Shown here: positions 1-9,553 of the stretch, piece by piece
How the letters are laid out: every line of letters begins with the position of its first letter
Position numbering within the stretch: the stretch's first letter is position 1
Source: a bacterium
Lineage (GTDB): Bacteria > Patescibacteriota > Patescibacteriia > UBA9934 > GWF2-40-263
DNA length: 64,000 bases
Assembly (NCBI GenBank): GCA_021789915.1
Contig: JAJYIV010000002.1
Coordinates: forward strand, 613-64,612
Direction of reading: 5' to 3'
The notes under the pieces: model-generated
What the model was told of the DNA's origin: nothing
Seen by the model: only the letters and a program-made list of their open reading frames with translations
Database searches by the model: none
Program-made: the position numbers and the translations under genes

Positions 1-1502
1 GCACGGACGCCGCGCGCACGCAGGTGAAGGATCCGGCGAACTGCCCGGCCGGCTCGGCGGCGCAGACGAAGTACGTCTGCACGAACGGTCAGACGGTCGA
101 CGACCCGTCCGCGTGCGAGCACGTCTGCCGCGGCGGGTACGCGCTCGACGAATCGACCGGCGCGTGCGTGAAAGTCTGCCCCGAAGGGCAGACGCTGGAT
201 TACGCTGGCGACTGCGAACCGCTGCCGCCGAACGACTGCCATGCGGACGCGGACTGCAGCGCCGGCGAGCGCTGCAACGTGAATGGCCACTGCGTCGTCC
301 CGTGCCATCGGGACGCGGATTGTCATGATCCGTCGCTCTGGTGCAACGCGCCGACGATCGTCGGCGACGACACGATGGGAAGCTGCCAGCCCGCCCCGTC
401 GGAAACGACGGGGACGGGGAAGCTCACCGTCACGACGGACGGAACGTCGCCGAAGTCGTCCATCGTGCTCGGCGGCAGCACGAGCGTTCCCGCCGCCGTG
501 TACGCTTTGGAAGCGACGAACAAGAACGCGACGATCCGCGGTCTGACGCTGTTCAACTGCGTCGGCATGCAGCCGGAACCGAAAGACGACTGCAGCGGCG
601 CAAACGAAAGCCACGAGGACGACGCGGCCGTCGAGGCCGTGTATCTGCACTACTTCGGAGCGGACGGGAATTCCGTAACCAAAACGGGGTTCCTGCAGTT
701 CGGCAAGGTGACGTTCGTCGGGCTCGACATGCCGGCGAACGTCGACGTGCACACGCTGCTGACGGTGACGGTGGACGCCGGCCTTGTTTCGTCCGTGAAC
801 GGCGTGCCGTCCGGCACGAAGTTCCAGCTGAACCTCGTCGCGACGGACTTCGATGCCGTCGCAACGGACGACGGGACGCCGATCCAGGCGACGTTCACGG
901 CCGCCGGCGACGCACAAGCGGTCGCCAGTCCGATGACGTTGCGCAAGACCAAGCCGACCGTGACGCTCGCCTCGGGTTCCCCGAGCGGCGCCGGAGTGCC
1001 CGGGTTCTCCGAGGTGCTTCGGTACAACGTGTCGGCGGCGTCGACCGGCTTCGTCGGCCTCGACATGATCACGTTCAAGCTCACGTCGACGGACATGGCT
1101 GGCAGCGGCTGGAACACGGACGCCCGGCTTGAGGGCAAGTTCCAGTTGTACGACATGGCGGATCCGTCGGCAGCAATCGGCGCGGCCGTGTGGCTGCACA
1201 ACTCCACCGGTGCGGTGGCGGGGCCGAATGACGTTGTGACCTACGTCACGTTCGTCTTCGACCCGGGCGAAGTACAAGTCTCCGCCGGCATGACGTCCAC
1301 CTTCTCGCTGAAGATGGACACGACGGGCGCGAACTCCGCGGACAACGACATCATCCGCATCGACATCCCGGCCCAGAGCGAGCTCGACCAGCTCGCGACG
1401 CCGCAGACATCGATCCGGTGGGAAGATGATATCGAAGCGCAAAGCCTCGACGGGACGCTCGTCAACAATCTTCCGATGACGGGCGGAACGATCGTCTTCT
1501 AA
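1..1502 (+). CDS. Secreted/surface protein, 5'-partial: Cys-rich N-terminal region followed by beta-rich repeats
   Basis: The frame is open from base 3, upstream of the GTG at 24. There are many CxxxC-type Cys pairs followed by T/S/V-rich repeats. GC3 is high. No homolog recognised. Confidence 0.55.
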   Translation, partial: TDAARTQVKDPANCPAGSAAQTKYVCTNGQTVDDPSACEHVCRGGYALDESTGACVKVCPEGQTLDYAGDCEPLPPNDCHADADCSAGERCNVNGHCVVPCHRDADCHDPSLWCNAPTIVGDDTMGSCQPAPSETTGTGKLTVTTDGTSPKSSIVLGGSTSVPAAVYALEATNKNATIRGLTLFNCVGMQPEPKDDCSGANESHEDDAAVEAVYLHYFGADGNSVTKTGFLQFGKVTFVGLDMPANVDVHTLLTVTVDAGLVSSVNGVPSGTKFQLNLVATDFDAVATDDGTPIQATFTAAGDAQAVASPMTLRKTKPTVTLASGSPSGAGVPGFSEVLRYNVSAASTGFVGLDMITFKLTSTDMAGSGWNTDARLEGKFQLYDMADPSAAIGAAVWLHNSTGAVAGPNDVVTYVTFVFDPGEVQVSAGMTSTFSLKMDTTGANSADNDIIRIDIPAQSELDQLATPQTSIRWEDDIEAQSLDGTLVNNLPMTGGTIVF

Positions 1503-1510
1503 GGCGCGAA

Positions 1511-1565
1511 CCCCTCCGCCTGCCAAAAAGGAAGCCAGCAGGCATCCTCCCCTTGGCAGGGGAGG
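1511..1565. repeat. GC-rich double-hairpin repeat, intergenic copy
   Basis: CCCCTCCGCCTGCC..GCCAGCAGGC..CCTCCCCTTGGCAGGGGAGG. It is the reverse complement of the copies at 15583 and 63803. Confidence 0.85.
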
Positions 1566-1586
1566 TTCTGCCGCGGACACTCTCTG

Positions 1587-1632
1587 CCGGCTCACGTGCG
1601 TGCAACGCGCGCGTGGGCCGGTTTTTCTTTTT
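1587..1632 (+). terminator. Rho-independent terminator
   Basis: 14-bp stem CCGGCTCACGTGCG/CGCGCGTGGGCCGG (2 G.U pairs) followed by TTTTTCTTTTT. Confidence 0.7.
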
Positions 1633-1696
1633 GCCCACGTCAGTCTTGCCAATCGCCCTTTTTCCGGCTACATTTCCGTCCGTTCCCGCCTTGCGT

Positions 1697-1767
1697 TCGG
1701 GGGTCGTCTAACGGCAGGACAGCAGCCTTTGAAGCTGTGAATCGTGGTTCGATTCCACGCCCCCGAA
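1697..1767 (+). tRNA. tRNA-Gln (anticodon TTG)
   Basis: Hand-folded cloverleaf: acceptor TCGGGGG/CCCCCGA (U1:A72), anticodon loop CTTTGAA, T-loop TTCGATT. CCA is not encoded. Confidence 0.85.
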
Positions 1768-1782
1768 CGTAGAGCAGGAACG

Positions 1783-1812
1783 CATCCGACCGGACAACCG
1801 GCCGGATGTTTT
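1783..1812 (+). terminator. Terminator after tRNA-Gln
   Basis: Stem CATCCG..CCGG/CCGG..CGGATG with loop ACAA, followed by TTTT. Confidence 0.6.
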
Positions 1813-2040
1813 CGTCGCCTGTTGATATCTCGCGCCGACGGGAAAAATGCGGCTTGTGGATAAGGTCGCCGACCGTCCGTTTTTCAAGCATTGACGGCAC
1901 GTTGAGAGGTTGCACGCGCGGCGGTATCCTAAAGAGTGTTCGATGCGATGACGCCCCGTCGTCCGATGGCCGCTGCCGCTCATGCGTGTTTCCCGCCGAG
2001 GAACGCCGCGGAGCGTTGGCTTGAAATCGCCCAGGGAGGC

Positions 2041-2078
2041 ACCGCGAAGGTTCCCCTTGTTCCTCTGGCGGTTTTTTT
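2041..2078 (+). promoter_or_regulatory. Hairpin plus T7 run in the nrdD leader (possible attenuator)
   Basis: ACCGC..GCGGT stem followed by TTTTTTT, 40 nt upstream of the nrdD ATG, at the end of a ~300-nt leader. Confidence 0.3.
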
Positions 2079-2117
2079 GCGCCGCCGATTCCCCTTTTTT
2101 CCGCGTTTATTCATCGT

Positions 2118-3944
2118 ATGTCCACCCAGACCCTCGTCCATCAAGACCCCGTCGTCTGCTCCATCGACCCGATCTCGACCATTGACGAGTATATCCACCA
2201 GGCCGACTGGCGGGTCAACGCGAACGCCAACCAGGGGTATTCGCTGGGCGGCATGATCCTGAACACCGTCGGCAAGGTGGTGGCGAATTACTGGCTTAAC
2301 AAGATTTACACCAAGGACATACGCGACGCGCATGTCCAGGGGGATTTTTACATCCACGATTTGGACGTGTTCGCCGGCTACTGCGCGGGGTGGAGCCTGC
2401 GCCAGCTGCTGGAGGAGGGCTTCAACGGCGTGCCGGGCAAGGTGGAATCGCTGCCGCCCAAGCACTTGGAGACGGCCGTGGCGCAGATGGTGAACTTCTT
2501 CGGCACGCTGCAGAACGAATGGGCGGGCGCCCAGGCGTTCTCCTCGTTCGACACGTACCTGGCGCCCTTCGTGAAGAAAGACCAGATGACCTACGAGGGC
2601 GTGAAGCAGTGCATCCAGCAATTCGTCTTCAACCTCAACGTCCCGTCGCGCTGGGGCACGCAGACGCCGTTCACCAACATCACGCTGGACTGGGTGTGCC
2701 CGGAGGACATGCGCGAGCGCCATCCGCTGGTCGGCGGCGAAGAGCAGCCGTTCACGTACGGCGATTGCCAAAAGGAGATGGACGCCATCAACAAGGCCTT
2801 CATCGAAGTCATGATCGCAGGCGACGCCAAGGGCCGCATCTTCACCTTCCCCATCCCGACCTACAACATCACGCGCGATTTCGACTGGGAAAACCCGAAT
2901 GTCCAGGGCCTGTTTGAAATGACGGCCAAATACGGCACGCCGTACTTCCAGAACTTCATCAATTCCCCGCTCAATCCGAGCGATGTGCGCAGCATGTGCT
3001 GCCGCCTGCAGCTCGACCTGCGCCAGCTGCGGCAGCGCGGCGGCGGCCTCTTCGGCTCGGCGGAGATGACGGGCTCCGTCGGCGTCGTCACCATCAACAT
3101 GGCGCGCCTGGGCCACGTTTCCAAGTCGAAAGAGGAGTTCTTCACGCGGCTGGACCGGCTGATGAAGCTGGCGAAAGAATCGCTGGAGCTCAAGCGCGAG
3201 ACGGTGGAGGACAATGTCCGACGCGGCCTGCTGCCGTTCACGCGCCGCTACCTGCCGTCGCTGCACAATCATTTTTCGACGATCGGCTTGAACGGCGTAA
3301 ACGAGGCGTGCCGGAATTTCTTCGGCGGCGACACGGACATCGCTTCGCCGGAAGGCAAGCAGTTCGCCGCGGACATCCTGGACTTCATGCGCAAGCGCTT
3401 GGCCGATTTCCAGGAAGAGACGGGGCACTTCTACAATCTCGAGGCCACGCCGGCGGAGGGCACGACGTACCGCTTCGCCAAGGAGGACCAGAAGCGCTTC
3501 CCCGACATCATCCAGGCCGGCACGACGGAGAATCCGTACTACACCAATTCGACGCACCTGCCCGTGACGCACACGGACAATCCGCTGGAAGCGCTGGACC
3601 ACCAGGACAGCCTGCAGACGATGTACACCGGCGGCACCGTGCTGCACCTGTTCCTCGGCGAACGCGTGCAGGATTGGAAGACGTGCCGCGCATTCGTGAA
3701 GAGCGTCGCCTACGGCTACCGCCTGCCGTATTTCACGATCACGCCGACGTTCAGCGTCTGTCCGTCGCACGGCTACCAATCCGGCGAACACCAGTGCTGC
3801 CCCACCTGCGGAGCCACCTGCGAAATCTGGTCGCGCATCGTCGGCTATTTCCGCCCTGTCGACCAGTGGAACCGCGGCAAGAAAGGCGAGTATGCCGAAC
3901 GCAAGGAATACGCGGTGCCGAACGCGTGCGAGACCTGCGTATGA
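2118..3944 (+). CDS. nrdD: Anaerobic ribonucleoside-triphosphate reductase (class III)
   Basis: 608 aa. C-terminal Zn-Cys cluster CPSHG..CCPTCG and glycyl-radical motif SRIVGYFRPV. nrdG follows directly. Confidence 0.95.
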   Translation: MSTQTLVHQDPVVCSIDPISTIDEYIHQADWRVNANANQGYSLGGMILNTVGKVVANYWLNKIYTKDIRDAHVQGDFYIHDLDVFAGYCAGWSLRQLLEEGFNGVPGKVESLPPKHLETAVAQMVNFFGTLQNEWAGAQAFSSFDTYLAPFVKKDQMTYEGVKQCIQQFVFNLNVPSRWGTQTPFTNITLDWVCPEDMRERHPLVGGEEQPFTYGDCQKEMDAINKAFIEVMIAGDAKGRIFTFPIPTYNITRDFDWENPNVQGLFEMTAKYGTPYFQNFINSPLNPSDVRSMCCRLQLDLRQLRQRGGGLFGSAEMTGSVGVVTINMARLGHVSKSKEEFFTRLDRLMKLAKESLELKRETVEDNVRRGLLPFTRRYLPSLHNHFSTIGLNGVNEACRNFFGGDTDIASPEGKQFAADILDFMRKRLADFQEETGHFYNLEATPAEGTTYRFAKEDQKRFPDIIQAGTTENPYYTNSTHLPVTHTDNPLEALDHQDSLQTMYTGGTVLHLFLGERVQDWKTCRAFVKSVAYGYRLPYFTITPTFSVCPSHGYQSGEHQCCPTCGATCEIWSRIVGYFRPVDQWNRGKKGEYAERKEYAVPNACETCV

Positions 3945-4627
3945 GGATCGCTGGGTTCCAGCCGCTGTCCCTGCTCGATTTCCCCGAACGCCCCTGCGCC
4001 GTCGTCTTCACGCAAGGGTGCCCCTTGCGCTGCCCGTTCTGCCATAATCCGGGGCTCATCCCGAACGGCCCGGGGAAGATGCGCGCGGACGAGGTCCTTT
4101 CCGAGCTGGAACGCCACGCGAACACCGTCGCCGCCGTCTGCGTCACCGGCGGCGAGCCGACCGTGCAGCCGGACCTTCCGGCCTTTTTGCGCCTGCTCAA
4201 GCTGCGCGGCTTCGCCGTGAAGCTTGACACCAACGGCGTGCACCCGCGCATGGTCGCCCGCCTGCTCTCCGACCGTCTGGTCGACTACGTCGCCATGGAT
4301 TTCAAACACCGGTGGAGCGCCTACGCGGGGCTTACGAAGGCCGCGGCGCCGGCCGTCGAACACATCCGCCGGACGTTTTCCCTGCTGCAGCAAAGCGGCG
4401 TTCCGCACGAGTTCCGCACGACCGTCGTCCCCGCCTTCCACACGGCGGAAGACCTTGAACGCATGGCCGTGGAGCTTGCGCCGGGAACGTCGTGGGCCTG
4501 GCAGCCGGTGCGCTACGGCATCACGTACGATCCGAACCTCCCGAAGGGGGAAATGCCGCCGCTGGAAGAGATCCGCAGCCGCATCCTGGCGGCGCATCCC
4601 GATCTCTCGATTACGATTCGCCGCTGA
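3941..4627 (+). CDS. nrdG: Anaerobic RNR activating protein (radical SAM)
   Basis: ATGA overlap with the nrdD stop. Radical-SAM motif CPLRCPFCHN near the N-terminus. Confidence 0.9.
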   Translation: MRIAGFQPLSLLDFPERPCAVVFTQGCPLRCPFCHNPGLIPNGPGKMRADEVLSELERHANTVAAVCVTGGEPTVQPDLPAFLRLLKLRGFAVKLDTNGVHPRMVARLLSDRLVDYVAMDFKHRWSAYAGLTKAAAPAVEHIRRTFSLLQQSGVPHEFRTTVVPAFHTAEDLERMAVELAPGTSWAWQPVRYGITYDPNLPKGEMPPLEEIRSRILAAHPDLSITIRR

Positions 4628-4658
4628 CAAAAACGGATCCGCGCGCGGATCCGTTTTT
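4628..4658. terminator. Bidirectional terminator between convergent nrdG and ftsX
   Basis: Perfect palindrome AAAAACGGATCCGCGCGCGGATCCGTTTTT. Confidence 0.85.
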
Positions 4659-4666
4659 GTTGCCTT

Positions 4667-5584
4667 TCACACCCGCAGGTACCGCCGCATGGCAAGCGAC
4701 GTCGCGATCAGGTTCAGGATGGCGAGCGCGGCGAATTGCCCGCCGAAGATGAGCAGCCAGTTCTGCTGGAAATACGCGACGAGCCCCGTCTGGTAGCCGG
4801 CGCCGAGGAACACGTCGAGCTTCGGCTCCATCACGGCCACGGTCGGCAGCACGATGGCGACGACCACGAGCGTCGCGAGCAGGCTGTAGAACACGGCCTC
4901 GGCCAGGAACGGCCCCTTGACGAAGCGATCGGTGGCGCCTACCAGCTTCATGATGCCGATTTCCTCGCGGTGGATGAAAATGCCCATGCGCACCGTGTTG
5001 AACACGATGAGGACGGCGATCGCGAGGAACAACGCGGCGATGCCGATGCCCAGCGCGCGCGCCCGGTCCGTCAGGAAGCGGATGCGGTCGATGAGCTGGG
5101 AATAATTGCCGAAGTCCTTCTCGCGGATCTGGTCCTGGAATTGCGGATCCTGCAGCGCCTGGAGGATCACCGGAAAATCGTCCGCCGCGCGCGCCTTGAC
5201 GATGAGCGACGGCCCGAACGGATTGCCGCCCACTTCCGCGAGCGATTTCATGATGGCGTCCTCGCCGGCGTGCCGCGCCTTGAACTGGGCCAGGGCCTGA
5301 TCCGCCGTGACCGTCTCCACGTCCCGCACCTGCGGCAGGTTGCGCAGCTGCCCGGCGGCGGCCGTCAACTGGTCCGTCGTCACCTCCGGCTTGAAGTATA
5401 CGGACACTTCGACGCGGTCCTCGACCGCCTGGATGGCTTTCTGCGCCACGTGGTTCAGGACGACGAGGATGTTCACTGACAGAAGCGTCAGGGCAAGCAT
5501 GCTGACGGTGACGACGGACAGCCAGAAATTGCGCCAAAAGTTCTGGAACGCGAATTTCAGCACGCGCAGGAGGGGCGCCGTCAT
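4667..5584 (-). CDS. ftsX: Cell division permease FtsX
   Basis: 305 aa. N-terminal FQNFWRNFWLS motif and 4 TM segments. Overlaps the ftsE stop. Confidence 0.85.
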   Translation of the reverse strand: MTAPLLRVLKFAFQNFWRNFWLSVVTVSMLALTLLSVNILVVLNHVAQKAIQAVEDRVEVSVYFKPEVTTDQLTAAAGQLRNLPQVRDVETVTADQALAQFKARHAGEDAIMKSLAEVGGNPFGPSLIVKARAADDFPVILQALQDPQFQDQIREKDFGNYSQLIDRIRFLTDRARALGIGIAALFLAIAVLIVFNTVRMGIFIHREEIGIMKLVGATDRFVKGPFLAEAVFYSLLATLVVVAIVLPTVAVMEPKLDVFLGAGYQTGLVAYFQQNWLLIFGGQFAALAILNLIATSLAMRRYLRV

Positions 5585-6261
5585 AGTCGGTATTTTCCCT
5601 CTTCGACGTCCGAGACGATCCGGCCGCCGTCGAGGGCGATCACGCGCTTTTTGAGGCCGTTCACGACTTCGCGATTATGCGTCACCAGCACGACCGTGGT
5701 GCCGAACTCGTTGATCTTGCGCAGCAGCTCCATGATTTCGCGCGTGTTGATGGTGTCCAGGTTGCCGGTGGGCTCGTCGGCCAGCAGGATTTTGGGGCGG
5801 TGGACGAGCGCGCGGGCGATCGCGATGCGCTGCTGTTCGCCGCCGGACAGCTGCCTGGGGAAACGGTCGGCCTTGTCCTGAAGGTTCACGATGCGCAGGA
5901 CCTGCGGGACGATGTCGCGCACGCGCTCCAGCGGCAATCCGGAGACTTCCAGCGCGAACGCGATGTTCTCCGCCACCGTTTTGCGCTGGAGGAGCTTGAA
6001 ATCCTGGAACACGACGCCGATCTGCCGGCGCAGGAGCGGAACGTCGCGCTCGCGGATGCGGGTGATGTCCCAGCCGCCGACCACCACCTGACCTTCCGTC
6101 GGATGCTCCTCCGCGAACATGAGCTTGGCGAGCGTCGTCTTGCCCGTGCCGCTTTGGCCCACGATGGAAACGAATTCCCCGGCCTTGATATGCAACGAGA
6201 CGTCGCGCACGGCCGCGACGTTCGGATGGTAGATTTTGGTGACGTTCTTGAAGCGGATCAT
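5581..6261 (-). CDS. ftsE: Cell division ATP-binding protein FtsE
   Basis: Start set at MIRFKNVTKIY. Walker A GQSGTGKTT and LSGGEQQR signature. The longer ORF to 6348 would overlap tRNA-Gly. Confidence 0.9.
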   Translation of the reverse strand: MIRFKNVTKIYHPNVAAVRDVSLHIKAGEFVSIVGQSGTGKTTLAKLMFAEEHPTEGQVVVGGWDITRIRERDVPLLRRQIGVVFQDFKLLQRKTVAENIAFALEVSGLPLERVRDIVPQVLRIVNLQDKADRFPRQLSGGEQQRIAIARALVHRPKILLADEPTGNLDTINTREIMELLRKINEFGTTVVLVTHNREVVNGLKKRVIALDGGRIVSDVEEGKYRL

Positions 6262-6311
6262 GCCGTCTTGCGATTGGTCGGAACGTCGGCTATTATAGCG
6301 CACGCCATCGC

Positions 6312-6385
6312 GCAGGTATAGTTTAGTGGCAAAACGACTGCTTCCCAAGCAGTAGTCGCGGGTCCGATTCCCGCTACCTGCTCCA
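6312..6385 (+). tRNA. tRNA-Gly (anticodon CCC)
   Basis: Acceptor GCAGGTA/TACCTGC, anticodon loop TTCCCAA, discriminator U73, CCA encoded. Confidence 0.85.
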
Positions 6386-6413
6386 AAAATCCCCGACTTG
6401 GTCGGGGATTTTT
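6386..6413 (+). terminator. Terminator after tRNA-Gly
   Basis: AAAAATCCCCGAC-TTG-GTCGGGGATTTTT. Confidence 0.8.
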
Positions 6414-6510
6414 GCTTGTAAACGGGATGGGGGGCGCAAAAAACGCCGCCTGTTCCAAGAGGGGAACGGGCGGCAGCGTCAGTCGGCGGAGGGCGGCGGC
6501 CGCAGAAACG

Positions 6511-7686
6511 CTATGGTTCGCCGCGCGGGCGCAACAGCCACAGGACGGCGGCGACAGCCGCGAGCAGCGCGCCGCAAACCGTCCATGTCAATCGGATCGT
6601 GTCCGGCCCGTCGAGAAAGCGGCGGTCGGCAAGCCACAAGACAAGCGGCACGACGGTGAAACCGGCTTTCGCGGCGAATGAATGAAGCGATCCGGCGGTG
6701 GCGCGGTAGGCGCTTTCCACGCGACGGTGGATGAAGCGGTCCGTAAGCGGTTGGAAGGATCCGCGCGGCAGCTCGTGCAGCGCGAGCAGCGCCAGGAAGC
6801 CGACGCGGCCGCCGGAGAGCGGCAAGGCCAGCATTGCCAGCCCTGCGACGCCCATCGATACCGCCGTCGCGGCCGCGTCGTGCATGCCGGCGTCGGCCAA
6901 CCGCGGCATCAACAGGCCGCCGATGGAAGAGGCGAGGCACATTCCCGCAAAGACCAGGCCCAGGCGCGCGCGGCCGAACAGCCGTTCGGCATACGGCGCC
7001 CAAAAATAATTGATCCCGGCCACGAGGCCAAACGCGAACAGGCAGGCGGCGATCCATCGCAGCGCGCGCTGCGCGCGCAGGGCGCCGATCGCGCGTGCGA
7101 ACGCCTCCGTGCATGGCAGGCGATGCGCCGGATCGCCACGTCCGCGCATGCGCGTGCGCACGAACGCGACGAGTACGGGCGCGCACAAGAGTTCGGGAAC
7201 CCAGATCGCCCGTAGATGCCATGCGCCCAGCCAGCCGCCAAACGCGCCACCGGCCATCATGGCCAGGCCGCGCGCCGCGGACGCGCGGCCAAGAACGCCG
7301 CCGATATTTTCTCCATGGCCTTCGGCATGCAGCGTATCTACGAGCCATGCCTGCAGCGCGCCCGACTCGAACGCGAGACCGGCGCCTAGGACGATCTCCG
7401 CCGTCAGCGCCGAACCGAGCCCGCGCGCCAGCAGGTACGCGAGCGCGCCGGCGAACCGGATGACAGCACCCACGGCTAGCGTTCGCGCGCGCCCGAAACG
7501 ATCCGCCGCGAGACTCGTCGGAACGTCCATGGCAATCACGGCCGCACTGAAGAAACCGTTGATGAGCGCCACCTGGCCCAAGGTCAGGCCGATGGATCGC
7601 AGGAACGGCACGTAGTCCGCCATGGACATGGCAATGCCGAACGTGCTCAAGAATGCGAACGTCACGTACGTGCGCGCAGCGCGCAT
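6511..7686 (-). CDS. MFS transporter
   Basis: 391 aa with ~12 hydrophobic segments. DRFGRAR loop motif between TM2 and TM3. Confidence 0.7.
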   Translation of the reverse strand: MRAARTYVTFAFLSTFGIAMSMADYVPFLRSIGLTLGQVALINGFFSAAVIAMDVPTSLAADRFGRARTLAVGAVIRFAGALAYLLARGLGSALTAEIVLGAGLAFESGALQAWLVDTLHAEGHGENIGGVLGRASAARGLAMMAGGAFGGWLGAWHLRAIWVPELLCAPVLVAFVRTRMRGRGDPAHRLPCTEAFARAIGALRAQRALRWIAACLFAFGLVAGINYFWAPYAERLFGRARLGLVFAGMCLASSIGGLLMPRLADAGMHDAAATAVSMGVAGLAMLALPLSGGRVGFLALLALHELPRGSFQPLTDRFIHRRVESAYRATAGSLHSFAAKAGFTVVPLVLWLADRRFLDGPDTIRLTWTVCGALLAAVAAVLWLLRPRGEP

Positions 7687-7883
7687 GGTTCCTCCTTGGA
7701 AGGATCAAAAACGGCCGGGGGGTTTCCCGGCCGTTCGGGTCCTGATGCGCGTCACGCGCCCATCAGACCCCTGCCGCCGGGAAACGAAAAACACATAGAC
7801 GGGCGTCAAGAAGAATGGTCAGATCTCTCAAACGGCCCTTGTCCGACCGGACGTTTCTTGATATGGTGCCCGCGCTCAAGACG

Positions 7884-7905
7884 GGTCAGTATATACATAC
7901 TGACC
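7884..7905. promoter_or_regulatory. 22-bp palindrome with an AT-rich core upstream of tRNA-Lys
   Basis: GGTCAGTATATACATACTGACC, 60 nt upstream of the tRNA. It may be an operator or part of a promoter. Confidence 0.25.
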
Positions 7906-7965
7906 TCTCGTCGTTCGGGCACGACTAATGCGTTTAGAACGCATTGGTCGCACCGCTCACTCCTT

Positions 7966-8040
7966 GGGTCAGTAGCTCAGTGGTAGAGCCAGGGCCTTTT
8001 AAGCCCGCGGTCGTGGGTTCGATCCCCACCTGACCCACCA
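7966..8040 (+). tRNA. tRNA-Lys (anticodon TTT)
   Basis: GGGTCAG..CTGACCC acceptor, D-arm GCTCAGTGGTAGAGC, anticodon loop CTTTTAA, T-loop TTCGATC, CCA encoded. Confidence 0.92.
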
Positions 8041-8041
8041 G

Positions 8042-8165
8042 AAAACCGCCTAAAGCAGCGATCTATCGGCTCAGGCCTCGCGTGCTCGCTCACCGTACAT
8101 ATCAGTACGGCTCGCTGCGCCCGCTTCGGCCTTCACCGATATCTCATCTGCTTTAGGCGGTTTTT
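8042..8165. repeat. ~124-nt imperfect long hairpin directly 3' of tRNA-Lys
   Basis: Outer arms AAAACCGCCTAAAGCAG / CTGCTTTAGGCGGTTTT are perfect. Inner arms are imperfect around GTACATATCAGTAC. Confidence 0.8.
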
Positions 8166-8402
8166 AAGATGGGATCGAACCGGAAGCCGGAGAATGGTCG
8201 AGTCTTGCAACGGTCTCAGTGCAGAAGCTTGACGGAATCCTCATTCCTGGTATCTTTCGTCCTTGCTCTTTTTATGTTTTCAACGTTTGATTGAGCCATG
8301 AGGCAAGCGTTTTTCCGATCTTTTCGAAGGCCGGCAAGCCGCTTGTCTCATGGAAATGAGTCAGCCGCACCGGGAGTCCCCCGACTGCGAAACAAAAGGA
8401 GA

Positions 8403-9296
8403 ATGACGATGCCGGCCACGCCGATCACGTCACCTCAGAAGCGCAAGATCGCAGCCCTCGTCTCCGAAGCGACCGAGAAGGTCATCGAGGAGATGGGACT
8501 CGACAAGGAAGGCGCACAGTGGGTCATAGAGATGAACGGCGACGAATTCGCCGCCGCCGTGCGCGAGAAGGTTCGCGAGCTGCTCACCCGTCTCTCCGTC
8601 TCCGACCAGTTCGCCGACGAGGAAGTCGCCTCGAACTACGGCTATCTCTCCGGCTACAAGCAGCCGAAAGGGATCACCGAGCAGACCAACCGCCTGCGTG
8701 AGCTGATCCGAGGCGTCGGGTTCGCGGACGAGAAGTTGGCGGAGCTCCCTCTGCCGAAGCTCGCGGAAGGCTTCTTCGCCATCCCGAAGTGGGAGACGGT
8801 CGCCCCGACCTACGGCGAGGCCGTCCAGAAGGTGCAGGATCTCCTGAGGGCCCAGCGCGGCGGCAAGTTCTACAGCTACCGCGAAGGCCAGCTCGGACCC
8901 CTGCACCTCCGGCAGAGCGCCCGCTCCGTCGCGTTCTGGAAGCGGCTCGCCGACGCGCAGAAGGGCTACGACATCCTCGTCGTTCCCGCTCAGTTCGGCA
9001 AGCGCGACGGGATCTCTCGTTCCGTCCGCCGCTCTCGTGTGGTCTTCACGGCGCAGGAGTTCGGTCTCGGGGCGTTCGCTTCCGGGATCATGCTCCTCAC
9101 CCACCCGGAGCGTCTGCAGCACTACGACGATCTCTGGATCGACTGTGCCGGAGACGAGTACGCTCCGGGGGCTGACGACCAATTCGTCAACGCGCCGTAC
9201 TTCTACTTCGACGTTGACGGGCTCGAGTTCGACGCGTTCGGTGTCGGCAGCTACTACGACTTCTGCGGGTCTGCGTCGGCCTTCTCCCCGGAGTAG
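8403..9296 (+). CDS. Hypothetical protein
   Basis: Start MTMPAT, chosen for the AAGGAG RBS at 8394-8399. Balanced composition. No family recognised. Confidence 0.6.
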   Translation: MTMPATPITSPQKRKIAALVSEATEKVIEEMGLDKEGAQWVIEMNGDEFAAAVREKVRELLTRLSVSDQFADEEVASNYGYLSGYKQPKGITEQTNRLRELIRGVGFADEKLAELPLPKLAEGFFAIPKWETVAPTYGEAVQKVQDLLRAQRGGKFYSYREGQLGPLHLRQSARSVAFWKRLADAQKGYDILVVPAQFGKRDGISRSVRRSRVVFTAQEFGLGAFASGIMLLTHPERLQHYDDLWIDCAGDEYAPGADDQFVNAPYFYFDVDGLEFDAFGVGSYYDFCGSASAFSPE

Positions 9297-9362
9297 AGTC
9301 CTCGTCCCTCAGTTCCTTTGTTACTCTTTCCGTTCTTTCCGTCTTGTCCCTTTTCGGGACAC

Positions 9363-9401
9363 TACCGGCGTTCGTTTCAACAAACGCCGGTATTTCTTTT
9401 T
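9363..9401 (+). terminator. Rho-independent terminator
   Basis: TACCGGCGTT..AACGCCGGTA stem followed by TTTCTTTTT. Confidence 0.75.
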
Positions 9402-9439
9402 CTTCGGCGGGGATCGGAGAGTGTTGTAAATCTCCTTTT

Positions 9440-9553
9440 CTCGTCATTGCGAGGAGCTGGTCCCAGTCGTGGCGACGAAGCAATCCTGCAGTTTCCTTCG
9501 AGAACGGAAGGATTGCTTCGCTCCGGCCTCCGGCTTTCGCTCGCAATGACGAG
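9440..9553. repeat. Nested palindromic element (GTCATTGCGAG type)
   Basis: Perfect 14-bp terminal inverted repeat CTCGTCATTGCGAG / CTCGCAATGACGAG, plus an inner inverted repeat CGAAGCAATCC / GGATTGCTTCG. Confidence 0.85.

Noticed and set aside
1813-2117. Cobalamin riboswitch or NrdR boxes upstream of nrdD
   Set aside because: I could not find the B12-box core or any AT-rich 16-bp NrdR-type palindromes. Only a generic hairpin plus T-run is present.
1980-3791. 603-aa minus-strand ORF opposite nrdD
   Set aside because: The product is R/A/G/V-rich with no motifs. It lies fully antisense to a gene with unmistakable NrdD motifs, and is a typical high-GC shadow ORF.
8166-8190. Partial tRNA (GGGATCGAACC) after the tRNA-Lys hairpin
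   Set aside because: The reverse complement gives GGTTCGATCCC, but the flanks do not form a T-stem or an acceptor stem. It is probably a chance match or a tiny relic.
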